NCBI RefSeq assembly: GCF_006345805.1
Contig: NC_043013.1
Location: 30,318,001-30,382,000, forward strand
Direction: 5' to 3'
Source: Octopus sinensis
Taxonomy: Eukaryota
Length of the DNA stretch: 64,000 nucleotides
The notes under the pieces were generated by a model that did no database searches, was not told the origin of the DNA, and saw nothing but the letters and a program-made list of their open reading frames with translations. Position numbers and translations under genes: made by a program. Positions 14,201 through 26,999 of the stretch are shown here, in pieces. The first letter of the stretch is position 1; the number at the start of each line of letters is the position of its first letter.

Positions 14201-16202
14201 ATTTAGGTTTGGATAGATACGAACCGTAAGAAGATTGAGGTACACCCTAAGAAGGACACATTTAGAAAATATACAATCACCGTTAAATGCATGTTTAAAT
14301 GTAGTTATACATTATTTTGTATATATGCTTTTGTGTACATATATATTTTATTCAAGTATTCATCTGTATGAAAATAGTTATACGTATGCGAGTGGGTGAT
14401 CCATGAAACCTTTCTGTTTGGAATGAATAGCTATGACCAACTTCATTGATAATTAAACTATTAGTTGGCTAAAAGCTTTCTTGAAGTAGGAGGGAACACT
14501 AACGTTTGGAAGATACAAACAATATTTTATTTACACTTGTATCCTTTTTATTAAATCATTTTAGAAGTTCAACCTATTTCACAAACTAACTGGTGTCTGT
14601 AAATAAAAATGAAGTGAAAATATATGGTAATCTGCTTCAAGCTGTTGTAAGTTGAATAGAACAGTATTTTGATTTAATATAACAGATGCGATCTTTGGTC
14701 ATGTAGCAGAAAGATAAAACTCGGCTTTCAAATCGTAAAGTATTTAACATTAACTCTCTTTGTTTATTCCTCAAATTCTGTTTATGTAGACATTGTCCAC
14801 AATAATGATCTCTATATAATATGTGCGCACCACTTGTTTTACGAAGGCATTTAACATTTTATCAAATTATCTCTTCCTATTCCGTTTCTATCATAGAATG
14901 CTGCCTTAGAGCTCCTAGGTTTGTTGTTTGCTGGGATCTTTATGCTCGACTGCAACATTAATAAGAAGTTATCAAAATGTATTTCAAATCTATAGTTACT
15001 ATCCTGAGGTAGTCTTGAAATTATGGAATTAAAATTTCCCTTAAAGCGATATGTTTTGAATAGAAGCGATGTGAGATCCGATGCTTGTTTAAAGATTCCG
15101 CCACATTAAGCAAGTTTATAATACAGCTGCAACTCTTCATTTCACATCGTCAGTCGCATATGGTTTTAACTGTCCTCTATGCGGTAGACTGACCTTCTTG
15201 AGTGAGCAGAACCATATTTCTTATGTCACACGCTAAACACATAAAAATAACCCGTTAGATACCGTAGCACTTGGCGTAAACTATAAATTAATAATGACGG
15301 CTGGAACGCTTTTGATTATGTAATCGATGAACACTCATCTGAATCTAAATATAATCACTAGCAGAAACAACGGTTGGGATTCGAACTTATAACATGCAAT
15401 TGAATCATTCGTCAGCCTTACCTCACAGTCGGTACCACAAATGGCAAATTATCTCACGTAGAACTGAAACAATTGTGTTGATCATGGATACATCATGGTT
15501 TTGATGAAAAAATAATATTGAATTCGTAGCAGACTTTGGATTAAATACTCTGAAATAGAAAGCGAAACCGGGTCTCAAGAATTCTAGAGGCAACCATAGA
15601 TACCGTGTCTTGTCTATGACCACCCACATTAAAAAATTATATTATAATAATAACTTGATCAATACAATAATAAAAAAGCACTTTCAATTTGTGTACTTCT
15701 GATGTGGAATTTATTGATTAACTATCAATTTATCGTAAGCTACAATTGCTTGAAAGCATACCTGCATTTAATGACTGGCGCTAAATTGATGTAATCAGTA
15801 CAATTTTCAACCAGAGAGTCATGCAAAAACACAAATGTATAGTGACAATAAAGCTGTAGGGATGTATCTGTTAGTCACGTGTGGTGACTGGCAGTAATTT
15901 GTTGTATATCTTGATGTATTTGAACATGTCAGACATATCAGTCTCTGATGGATAGAATTAGGAAACAATAATTCTATTGTGTTGACTGAATCTGGAATGT
16001 TACGACCTTCTGTTTGGTCACACTAATTGATTTTCAGTCTACTACTTTAGAGAGTTAAGCTAATTGTTCATCAATCTAATGGACTGCTCTAGTTATATCG
16101 CAAACTAGTCAATAATTTCAAATGAAAACAGGTCGATAAAATCCAAAACACCGAACTACACACATGACCATAGACACATACACACCCCGTTGCTGTTGAA
16201 AT

Positions 16203-16228
16203 GCTTCTTCTTCTTCTTCTTCTTCTTC

Positions 16229-16266
<38 letters not shown>

Positions 16267-16325
16267 TATTATTATTATTATTATTATTATTGTTATTATT
16301 ATTATTAATTATTATTATTATTACT
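16203..16325. repeat. Compound (CTT)n(CAT)n(ATT)n microsatellite
   Basis: Directly visible. Confidence 0.95.
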
Positions 16326-16691
16326 GAAGTTGTTGGTGTTATTGTTGTTCTTGTTATCACGTTTAATGACCATTGCTGTCATTAAAATTAAAATATTAAA
16401 CTTTTGTCATAAACATAAACATTTTGAAATGTTATTTCTCATAATTTTATATCTTCAGATTCGGACTAATGGTGTAGCTACAATTATATACAGCAGTGCG
16501 TTTCGTGGTCGTTTGAGGGCAAGTTTCAAACCGGCAAGATTCTTCTAGTTTTCCTTGCATTAGACTAATTTATTATCGCTTAACTTTAAAGCTGTCGAAT
16601 AATAAGTTTATGTTTTTTTATAGCAATAGTTATGACATTGAGTAGATATTTATACATACTCCAGAAGTTATTAACTCTCTTCTTAATAATC

Positions 16692-17208
16692 GTTTCTACT
16701 CTAGGCGCAAAGCCCGAAACTTTTTGAGAGGGGCCAGTCGATTAGACCGACCCAAGTACGAAACTTCTACTTAATTTATCGACCCCCGAAAAGATGAAAG
16801 GCAAAATCTACCTCGGGCTAAACACAGTGGGGACAAACAAGGACAGACAAACGGATTAAGTCGATTATATCGACCCCAGTGCGTAACTGGTACCTATTTA
16901 ATCGACCCCGAAAGGGTGAAAGGCAAAGTCGACCGCGGCGGAATTGAACTCAGAACGTAGCGGCAGACGAAATACATGTTTCTTTATTACCCACAAGGGG
17001 CTAACATAGAGGGGACAAACAAGGAGAGACAAACGGATTAATTCGATTATATCGACCCCAGTGCGTAACTGGTACTTAATTTATCGACCCCGAAAGGATG
17101 AAAGGCAAAGTAGACCTCTGCGGAATTTGAATTCAGAACGTAACGGCAGATGAAATACCGCTAAGTATTTCGCCCGGCTTGCTAACGTTTCTGCCAGCTC
17201 GCCGCCTT
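16692..17208 (-). mobile_element. Three-module composite of the Deu/Nin-type SINE
   Basis: Three ATCGACCCCGAAA.G.TGAAAGGCAAA cores (~16778, ~16902, ~17083) joined by the ...GGACAAACAAGGA.AGACAAACGGATTAA module. Intact head at 17190-17208. Confidence 0.9.
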
Positions 17209-17735
17209 AACACTCTTCTTTATAATACCCGACCGCCAGACCCGATGTCATTGTGCAAGCTCGTGTGCAACTCTCAATTTTGCTAATACTTTTGAAATAT
17301 TACTTTTAACTATATATATATATATAATAAATATTATCATATTATTTAAAATATTACATAAATATTACGTCATCAGGAACGCAAATTCTTGAGGAAGGTC
17401 TAGGAAGGACTGCACACGCGTGTAGTTTGAGCCATTTGAAGTACTTCTCAGAGAGCCAAAAATTAAATGACAAAAATGAGCTTCAAACAACCGTTTCTCA
17501 ATGTGTTGCTCGAAGCAACTAAAACAAAACAAAACAAAACAAATAGAGGTAACTGTTCTATTCACAGTGTGCATACAATATTTCAAAAAAGCTATTATTA
17601 CCAGACGAATTATCGGAAACGCGAAAAGTCTGAGAATTGAAATCTAGAACAATGTCATAATGTATTTACACTCTACATTTTCGTTTCTATTTCTGTAATC
17701 TTCCGCTTCACGAGTAAACAACCAATTCACAAACA

Positions 17736-17788
<53 letters not shown>

Positions 17789-18063
17789 CCACACACACAC
17801 ACACACAAACTCACACACACATAGATCCAAAAACATATTCCCCTCTATATATACATATATAGACATATATGTATACATATATGTATACATATTTATATAA
17901 TTGCATGCGTGTGTGTGTATGTGTCTTTGTATGTGTGTATTTGTGAGCGTACGGGCATGCGTGTGTGTATGAATTTATATGTGTGTATGTACTTGGGTAA
18001 CACCGAGTGACCTGATAGTTTGTAACATGACGTGATAGTATCAATACATGTTTCAAATTGTGG

Positions 18064-18262
18064 CACAAGGCCAGCGATTACTTGGGAGCGGGTCAATAGA
18101 TTAGATCGACCTCAATACTCAACTGCTACTTATTGTATGGACCCCGAAAGTTTGAAAGGCAAAGTCCACAGTGGCGAAATTTGAACTCAGAATGTAAATA
18201 CAGGCGAAATGTCGCCAAGCATTTTGCACGGCGTGCTAAGTATGTTGCAAGCTCACTGCCTT
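18064..18262 (-). mobile_element. Degenerate Deu/Nin-type SINE
   Basis: GACCCCGAAAG.TTGAAAGGCAAAGTC...ATTTGAACTCAGAA...GCTCACTGCCTT. Confidence 0.7.
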
Positions 18263-18521
18263 AATATTATTACACTGGGTCCGTTGTGTTATACAAATTG
18301 TGTAAGAGACATAATGTCTGTGTCTACACACGTTATGTCATAAAATACTCATATTCCACGAGACGTTGATACGTTTGGCTTACTGGCTCAACTGGATAGT
18401 TTTGACCAAATCGAAATTTACCAAATTGTGGTAGGAAATTACTGCGAATGGTAAACAATTTAATTTATGGGATTACCTGCCAATCCCTAATTCATATATG
18501 TACACACACACACACACACAC

Positions 18522-18670
18522 ACGAGAGTGTGCTGGAAATTTCCTGGCTTTGCGTAAAAGAAAGCACAGGAGGATCAGTAAATTATGATTTTCTTCAACA
18601 TTACCCCCTCTCAGATTCACACACTTTTTGGTGCAGTCCTTCAGTATATCTAAGCCCCGTAAACGAACTA
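18522..18670 (-). mobile_element. Mariner 3'-end fragment
   Basis: The minus frame reads LKDCTKKCVNLRGGNVE, matching the mariner C-terminus (RW.KC...GDYVE). A TIR-like ACGAGAGTGTGCTGGAAAT follows. Confidence 0.6.
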
Positions 18671-18820
18671 AGAAGATTGGATTTGGTTCCTGCATATCTA
18701 CCCCTGATATTTACAATGTTACGTATTTGACTTTGAGCTATATATTATATTACCCTGTCATTCGGATGTCGTGTGGGTGTGCTTTGTTGCTATAGCATCC
18801 TTATAACCAAATAATATATA

Positions 18821-18903
<83 letters not shown>

Positions 18904-18954
18904 ATATATATGTGCGTGTGTATGAGTGTGTGTATGGGTGTTTGTGTGTGTGTG

Positions 18955-19235
18955 AAGGCGCATGGCTTAGTGCTTAGGTTGTTGCACCGATCCGATGATT
19001 GTTAGAACGTGATTTCAGTTTCTGGAAGGGTGAGACGTATTCGCGAGCAAAACACTTCATTTCATGTTAATCTGCGATCTCTTCAACACCTGGCACGTGG
19101 TACGCCGTGAAACTGTCGACTTGGTAGAAGCAACGAGCTAATGTACGGCACGTACACTTGATCTTTATAAACAAAGCATTTGTACTGGTCGTTGAACAAA
19201 ATACGCAGACTTAACCGTCGGCTTCTACAAACTTC
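18955..19235 (+). mobile_element. Degenerate tRNA-derived SINE
   Basis: A-box-like head GGCGCATGGCTTAGTG.TTAGG, resembling the head of the SINE at 49181. Confidence 0.45.
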
Positions 19236-19238
19236 GTA

Positions 19239-20152
19239 TACCAAGTTGTATAAAAATGTTACCAGACTAGTTCTGTAGCGCGCCAACAGATGACAGTGCA
19301 CGGTTCCATACGCAGTGGGAGCTAGTAGTGCCTCTCATACGGTAGTGTGCTGATTGACATCGCTATGTTCACTTCGCAAGTTGGGAAATTTATGTTTTTG
19401 TGATCACATGTACGCTGTAATCTGCGATTTTTTCACGGACAAGAAGTTGGAACAAAGAACCAGCGTGAAATTTAGTGTTACGCAATAGGACATCTGCTAC
19501 AAGCATAGTGAGCATGCTTCGGAAAGCTTATAGTGACGAAGAAACCGGTCGTACGCAATGTTCCGAGTGGCACGGGCACTTCAAAAGCGGAAGAACATCT
19601 CTCGAAGACGAGGAGTGATGTGGAAAACCTGCCACGAACGTCACTCTTGGAAATGTGGTATTGTACATCGATTCGAGCGTCAATCGAGAGTCCTACTGCA
19701 ATGTTTTGAATCGTTGAGCGGGGATATTTGGCAAAAGCGACTATAATTTTGGAGATCGAAGTATTGGATTCTTCACCATGACAATGCACCCTGTCATCGG
19801 GCTCTCTGCACGCGAGAATTTCTCGCCAAAAATCACATGGTATCGCTTCTGCGCACTCCCTATTCGCCAGATGCAGCACCTGCGGGCTTCCATCTCTTTC
19901 CTAAGTGAAATCGCAACTCAACGATTGCCGTTTTAACACTTTGTCCAAATTCAGAGCGAATCGCATATGGTCCCCGACTAGCTTACAGAAAACGACATCC
20001 AGGCGGTATTCCAAAGGTGGCAGGTACGCGTGGACTGGTGTATTGTTGTGTAAGATCGGCATTTCGAAGGAGATGATATTAAAAATTTGGTAAATAAGCT
20101 ATTTTTTTTTATTAAACATAACTAGTCCTGGATCTTTTCATACCACCTCGTA
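19239..20152 (+). mobile_element. Internally deleted mariner transposon
   Basis: Transposase remnant LHHDNAPCHRALCTREFLAKNHMVSLLRTPYSPDAAPAGFHLFPK. Degenerate TIRs TA|CCAAGTTGTATAAAAA...GACTAGTT and AACTAGTCC...TTTTCATACCACCTCG|TA. Confidence 0.85.
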
Positions 20153-21022
20153 TTTCTACACTTCAAAGATTTAGTGAAAGATGGAAATTTCCCGAACCAT
20201 ACTCAATTTGAATGATATATTGATACTCATTCTACTCAATCTTATTCAATTTGTATGATAGAAGGATGACTTATTGCACTGTACCTAGATTGACAAAATT
20301 TATATTCTCATCTCAAGTAGTCTTGGTGTAGGTTTTTATTGTAGTGATATAAATCGGTCGTTTTGGTGATAAAGAATGTCCACAAATTGCTCTATCCGCT
20401 TAAATTCTTGTAAAATCAGATACTGTTACAAGGTGGGAAATATTATCAGCAATCCAAGATAATCTAGATGAAGCCACGTATTTCCCCACAGGAATTTATT
20501 GTATATGTTAATTTAAAACTCATAGAAGTATAAAATATTTATATATGCTAAATTTAATTAGTTACTAAATACCGGCTACAGAAAGAACTAGATTTATTGA
20601 TGATTGCATTAAACTACATCATGAGTTTATTATAACAACTACCAATAATAAATATCAAGAATTTTCATCAGCATGTTACACTAATATAAACCATAGTAGC
20701 TTGTTTTCCAAAGCTGCTTTTGATCTACTAATTGATGTATTACATTACAATTTGCGGTAAGAGTTAACGCATTGAAACAGTATTTAATATTTGGGAGCTT
20801 AACAACACCATCACTTAAAGTGAACAAACTACTATTAAATCAACTACTCGTTGGTGACGGTTTTCTGATTTCGAAGAGATAAGATATGTATTAAAATGTG
20901 ATTCTGTGATAACTGGATGTTGTAGTACAACTAATTTGATAGTAATGATTACTTTGAGTTTTATACGAAACGTGACAGACATAAATACAATAGATTTCAT
21001 TTATTTTATCTCCAAATATTCA

Positions 21023-21462
21023 TTTCTACTCTAGGCATAAGGCCGAAATTTTGGTAGAGGAGGCCAGTCGATTAGATGGATCCCAGTACCCAACTGGTAG
21101 TTAATTTATCGACCCCGAAAGGATGAAAGGCAAAGTCGACCTCGGCAGAATTTGAACTCAGATCGCAAAGATAAACGAAATACCGCTAAGCAATTCACCC
21201 GGCGCGCTAATGTTTCTGTCAGCTCACCGCCTTTCAAGGTTTATAATATTCTTTTCTACTCTAGGCATAAGGCCCAAAATTTTTGGGGAGGCGGGGCCAG
21301 TCGATTAGATTCACCGCAGTATGCAACTGGTAGTTAATTTATCGACCCCGAAAGGATGAAAGGCAAAATCGACCTCGACAGAATTTGAAGTCAGATCGCA
21401 AAGACAGACGAAATACTGCTAAGCATTTCACCCGGCGTGCTAACGTTTCTTCCTGCTCGCCG
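21023..21462 (-). mobile_element. Head-to-tail dimer of the Deu/Nin-type SINE within one 12-bp TSD
   Basis: Units at 21023-21233 and 21251-21462. TCTCCAAATATT lies at 21009-21020 and 21472-21483. Confidence 0.9.
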
Positions 21463-21584
21463 ACATATTTCTCTCCAAATATTACTTAATTATGATTTTG
21501 TACTTATAGCATTTGTTACTCGGTAAATGTAGAGTATTTATTATTCTTGTCGTTTCTGTTGTAATTATTGTTGTCGTACTTAAT

Positions 21585-21585
21585 C

Positions 21586-21630
<45 letters not shown>

Positions 21631-21707
21631 CATCATCATTATCATTACTATTATTATCATTATTATTATTATTATCATCATTATCATTTTCATTGTTATT
21701 ATTATTA

Positions 21708-21748
<41 letters not shown>

Positions 21749-21750
21749 AA
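21585..21750. repeat. (ATT)n/(ATC)n microsatellite
   Basis: Directly visible. Confidence 0.95.
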
Positions 21751-21751
21751 A

Positions 21752-22290
21752 TGAGAGAGCAATGCATGCCATCAAAGTGACACTGGGGTAGAATATATGG
21801 AGCCCAGTATACCCATCATGACTACCTGTCTAATAAGGGTACTCTAGGTACATGCATCACAACCATATGTGTGCGACATGGTGATCTCATATCACGATAA
21901 ACAGCACATAACCTTGCAGGTGGGGCCCAGTTAGAATGTTCTTCTGGTCGAGTAGCCCATCCCGCTCAAAAGGTCCCTGAATAAGGATTGTTTAAGGGTG
22001 TTGAATGAAACACCCATGTTTCCAGAGGTGAATTATCCAAACCTGTAAGAATTCCTTTCAACACACGGCTATGATGCTCCCACACTACTTCTGCTCGTGT
22101 TGAGAGATGCACATATCATCAGCCACCAAGAGACATGCTCAACTAGTTAAGGTCAAACAGCTGTCAAGCAAATCTGTGGTATTAAGCAGAATCTTTTATA
22201 CCAAGACAAAACAATGTACATGATAACACTTCCAGTCAGTTAAGATCAACAGCCATGAGAGCCACTGCCTGGTATTGCATCAGGGCATTT
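21752..22290 (-). mobile_element. ~540-bp probable non-autonomous retroelement embedded between (ATT)n tracts
   Basis: Higher-complexity block flanked on both sides by ATT repeats, with an (AAT)n tail on the minus strand. Family not identified. Confidence 0.35.
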
Positions 22291-22380
22291 ATTATAATTA
22301 ATATTATTGTTGTTATTATTATTATTATAACTCACGTATCAATACTTATAATTCATAACTCATTATTATTAGTATTATTA

Positions 22381-22485
22381 TTTGGGGGTCGGTAAATTAA
22401 ATACCAGTGAAACACTGGTGTCAATGTAATGGACTGGTCCCCGCGCCACAATATTTCAAGCCTCGTGCCTTTAATAGAAAGGATT
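22381..22485 (+). mobile_element. 5'-truncated Deu/Nin-type SINE
   Basis: GGGGTCGGTAAATTAAATACCAGT...ACTGGTCCCC...GCCTCGTGCCT.TAATAGAAAGG. Confidence 0.55.
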
Positions 22486-22589
22486 ATTCTAAAATCTCTA
22501 CACGAGATGCAAGTAGTAACTCTACTAAAAACAAATTTTTGTTGTCCTTTAACATGGCTGTTCCGTTAGAAATAATGTTACAACGGTTA

Positions 22590-22750
22590 CATAATGTCAC
22601 TTAGCGGTTCGGCAAAAGAGACCGATAGAATAAGTACTGGGCTTACAAAAGAATAAGTCCCGGGGTCGAGTTGCTCGACTAAAGGCAGTGCTCCAGCATG
22701 GCCGCAGTCAACTGACTGAAACAAATAAAAGAGAAAAGAGAAAAGAGAAA
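22590..22750 (+). mobile_element. 3' part of a CORE-like SINE with (AAAGAG)n tail
   Basis: Homologous to the reverse complement of 46902-47060 (GATAGAATAAGTACT..GCTTACAAA.GAATAAGTCC.GGGGTCGA...GCTCCAGCATGGCC). Confidence 0.7.
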
Positions 22751-23527
22751 ACTCGTTTTTAACACCAGGAGGTCACTTCTTTCAGCTGGTTAACTGTACA
22801 AAATCTGTGTCCGGTATATCGCGAATAAGGAAACGAACCCCTCCCATCCAGCGGCAACAGGAACAGTAAACCAAATCTAGTTTCAGAGTCTTTCTCAGTA
22901 CGGGACACCTGTCTATTGGGCTTGGCAGTCGTTCTTCCCAGTTCGCAATATATAAATAAATAAGCGACATTCAGTCGTTGATTTTGCAACAAACAATGTA
23001 GTTGGTTCTAAACTCTCTATAACAGCTGCAGGTAGTATCTCTACTGAAAAGTACCGTTTGTTGCCACTTCAACCTGGCTATACCGTACAGAATAAAGTTA
23101 ATAGTTAATAGTTTCTCGGATGCTGTTTCGCATTACATACAATATATAGACTATAGTGTCGCCATTTCTAGTTTAATAATCCGAGTCAATAGAAAGGCTA
23201 TATGTAATCCAGATTTAAAATGTACTGAAGAAATATTAGCGCATGGTTCATTCAAATACTTGGAAATTATTATGCTTAAATCCGTTATCGTAGTAACTGT
23301 AGAGTGCAACTTTTACCAGGAACAAGTGAATCAGTAGCATAGTGAATATTCGCTGCAGCATTTCTCCCTTGTTTGCACAAATGTGGAGAATATCAAACCT
23401 GCTGTTAAGGTGTTCACTATTCTTGTTCGGAATTCATATAGAAACTCAAAACAGAAATATAGAATAAAATGTAGGTTATATTGCTTTTATTCTGAAGAAA
23501 ATTTAAGTTTATCGTTCATGACGTCCG

Positions 23528-23564
<37 letters not shown>

Positions 23565-23571
<7 letters not shown>

Positions 23572-23979
23572 ATAAAATAAATTGGACATTGGCAATCATT
23601 GTATTCTTTCTTGTCTTGAGGTTCACAGCCAAACGCCTGGGGTGGATTCGCATGGAAAATGGCACACATATAGAGACGGGTGCATAGATTGGATTGCTGT
23701 TAGTATTTTCCCCCTAACCCCCATACTTACCGAGAAAATCGATTAAAACTTTTTCTAATGGAATTCCCCTCTTTCTTCCGCCATTAAAGCAACCAATTGC
23801 TTAAAAGCTGCTTTCTGATGGGGTGAGGCCAGGGAATTTTCATACAACTGGAGGATCCAAACGAACCAGGGGACCCGAAATGCTATGATTGAAAAATGCT
23901 GTTATAGATTATGCCTAACAGAAAATGATCATAGCCACATCATCCAAACAGACCGGGTGAAACCGGGCTTAGCTGCTAG
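23565..23979 (+). mobile_element. Non-autonomous Helitron-like element
   Basis: The 3' end CCGGGTGAAACCGGGCTTAGCTGCTAG|T has a subterminal hairpin, a CTAG terminus and a T after it. The 5' boundary is uncertain. Confidence 0.5.
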
Positions 23980-24623
23980 TATATATATATATATAACTTC
24001 ATCTGTTCTTAGTTGTATAATATATCCCCTTATCTTAATCGCTTAACCGTGCCTTTGTCATGTCTGAGGGAATTAATGTTGAAGCATACTGTACAATAAT
24101 ACTACTTTAAATGATGATAAACGAAATATTTTCTATTGCAATATTAAAGATTAAGGGAATTTCAATTGAGCTACAGAGATGTTAACGTGGATTAGCGAGA
24201 AAAGTATTATCTTTGATTTAGTAAATTATCTAGAATGAAAGTTAACGATTCGTACTATAGTTGAAGTGATTATGGTACAAAAAACACTTGTATACAGGTG
24301 AATCATATTTGCATTGCACTTAAAATTTCCATATAGAGTTTGACACTCCATTCTTACTGGCATTCCTGCATGAAATGTGAGTTTATATGCATCGTTAAAA
24401 ACAAATGAAAACTTTATGACAGATTAATTTCACACGGAAGGTACTCGCAATAAATATTGCAAATATCTATCACATATTATATTTATGATATCGATGAAAT
24501 TTAATTCCAGTAGTAAAGGCTCTTAACAGACACTTATGTGATGCGATCGGTAAGTTTTATATAACGCTTGTGTATATATTGACACACATAAATTTACATA
24601 AACATATGCGCATATACGGAGAA

Positions 24624-24656
<33 letters not shown>

Positions 24657-24740
24657 TATTAGAGACAAAACCACTATTTTGCAAAACAAACAAGGAAAGA
24701 CTTAATCAATACATAAAATTTTAATAAATAGTCAAAAAAA

Positions 24741-24790
24741 CCGCCACTACAATTGTTTCTTGTCTTGATCGACAATCTTCAGGTAGACTT
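24741..24790 (-). ncRNA. Type I minimal hammerhead ribozyme
   Basis: Minus strand reads CTAC-CTGAAGA-TTGTC(GATCAA)GACAA-GAA-ACAATTGT-A-GTGG. It has both core boxes, a 5-bp stem II, a palindromic stem III, a GUA triplet and a 4-bp stem I. Confidence 0.75.
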
Positions 24791-25224
24791 CCAATCTAAA
24801 ATATCAATATTTTAAAATATAAATAAAAATAATAATTTAAAATAATTAAAGTATGAATGAAAAAATATAAATATATAATCCGTATATAACCTATATATAA
24901 TCCATATATAATCAATATATAAACAATATATAAACTAAAATAAACCTATCAACAATTAAATATAAAATATAAAATATAAAAAATAAAATATAAAACAAAA
25001 CAAAAAAATAATAATAATATAATAATAAACTAATATACACCCATACACATAACTAATTATATATAACCATATCTAACTACATACACTAAATCACACACCT
25101 ATATATATATCCCTATACATACACATAAAAACGTCTAGGCAACTATAAATAAATAAAATAGCTAAATACTTCAACACAATACTTATTCATACTCCCACAC
25201 ATACACATACAAACCACATTCACG

Positions 25225-26890
25225 CTCTAGAAAACGGACATCACTTAAAATTATGAACGGAGAAATGGAATAAATGGAATTAAAAATTATATTCACTTGG
25301 TAAAACGAACACTACTTAAAAATTATGAATGAAATAATGCAATAAAACAACAGACATCGCAAATAGACACAAATTACTACGAATTCCTTAACAAACCTAC
25401 CATGATAAACCAATACTCATAAAAACATATAATGATAAAATCTCCCTTTACTAAACTCTATAACATACCTATATAGCAATCACCCTAAACTAAACATTCA
25501 CACACAAATACACACACGTAAACCACACACCCACGACATATACAAATACCCACACCACTTACACATACCTATACATACATATAAACCTCAACATATACTC
25601 CAAAAACCCACTCAACCCCACACAGACAAATATACACAAAATTATGAATGGATTCTTTTATAAAACTACCATGATAAGCTAAAACTCACAAAAACATAAA
25701 TGATAAAACCTCCCTTTACTAAACACTATAACATACTTATATAGCAATCCCTTTAACCTATACATTCACACACAAATACACACACGTAAACCACACACCA
25801 TAACAAATAAACACCCCACCCCACTCACACACACCCACAAGTACATATAAGCCTCAACATATACACCAAACAAAATTACTTTACCAAGGAACTTAACATA
25901 AGTATAAAAAGTATAACCGCTCTGGAAACGAACATCTTTTAAAATAATGAACGGAGAAATGGAATAAATGGAATTAAAAATAATATTCACGTGGCAAAAC
26001 GAACACCACTCAAAAATTATGAATGAAACAATGTAATAAAACAACCAACATCGAAAATAGACAAATTACCACGAATTCCCTAAACAAACCATGATAAACC
26101 AAAACTCTTAAAACCTATAACGATAAAATCTCCCTTTGCTAAACTCTATAACAAACCTATATAGCAATCCCCCTAACCTAAACATTCACACACAAATACA
26201 CACACGTAAACCACAGACCCACGACTTATACAAATACCCACCTCACTCACACATACCTATACTAACTTATAAACCTCAATATACACCAAAAACCCACTCC
26301 CTCCCCACACAGACAAATTAACACATACATCCCAAAACCTAAATAACAAACCCATATACACATTCACACACAAACACACACACACGCAAAACACACACAC
26401 ACAGCAGATACATATACTCCCTCACATATACGCATATACATACTCACTAAACTCGATATATACAACAATATTTACACACCCACACTCATACAGATAAATA
26501 AATTATACAACTAAAAACTCACACACAATCATTACATACATAAACACTCCAATGAAAAAAAACATTAAATACATCGTAATTAACCAGAATATCAAAAATA
26601 ACAATATGACATAAGGAGAAATAAAATACATACTTACAAGTCAGTTTCATTATGAAGTGAAATTAAATTCTTAGCCGTTTAAAAAATCAAACCAAAATTA
26701 CGTTACCATAGAAATATAACTTATGTATAAAAAGAATACGCGCCATGGAAAGTAAACGTCATTTAAAATTATGAATGGAGAAATAGAATAAATGGAACTA
26801 AAAACTACATCCACGTGGCAAACCAACACTACTTAAAAAAAAAAAATTATTATGAATGGATTCTTTAATAAAACTACCATGATAAATTAT
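25225..26890. repeat. G-depleted modular tandem duplication
   Basis: Module A (ATGAACGGAGAAATGGAATAAATGGAA) at ~25253, ~25947 and ~26770. Module B (ACCATGATAA...CTCCCTTTACTAAAC...CACACGTAAACCACA) at ~25400, ~25670 and ~26090. Confidence 0.85.
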
Positions 26891-26999
26891 TATATACATT
26901 TATGAGCTTTAGCTCATCTTAGCAGCTCTAACAAAACAACTTGCAGTAACCCAAGTCTATTCTCGATGCCTGCCTTACTACTACACTATTCCATTCCCA

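Noticed and set aside
15422-15549. Minus-strand exon candidate
   Set aside because: The best frame ends in a stop just before the donor, and the donor overlaps a decayed tRNA-SINE-like head.
25225-26890. CRISPR-like repeat/spacer array
   Set aside because: The context is eukaryotic, the units are long diverged duplications without unique spacers, and there are no cas genes.
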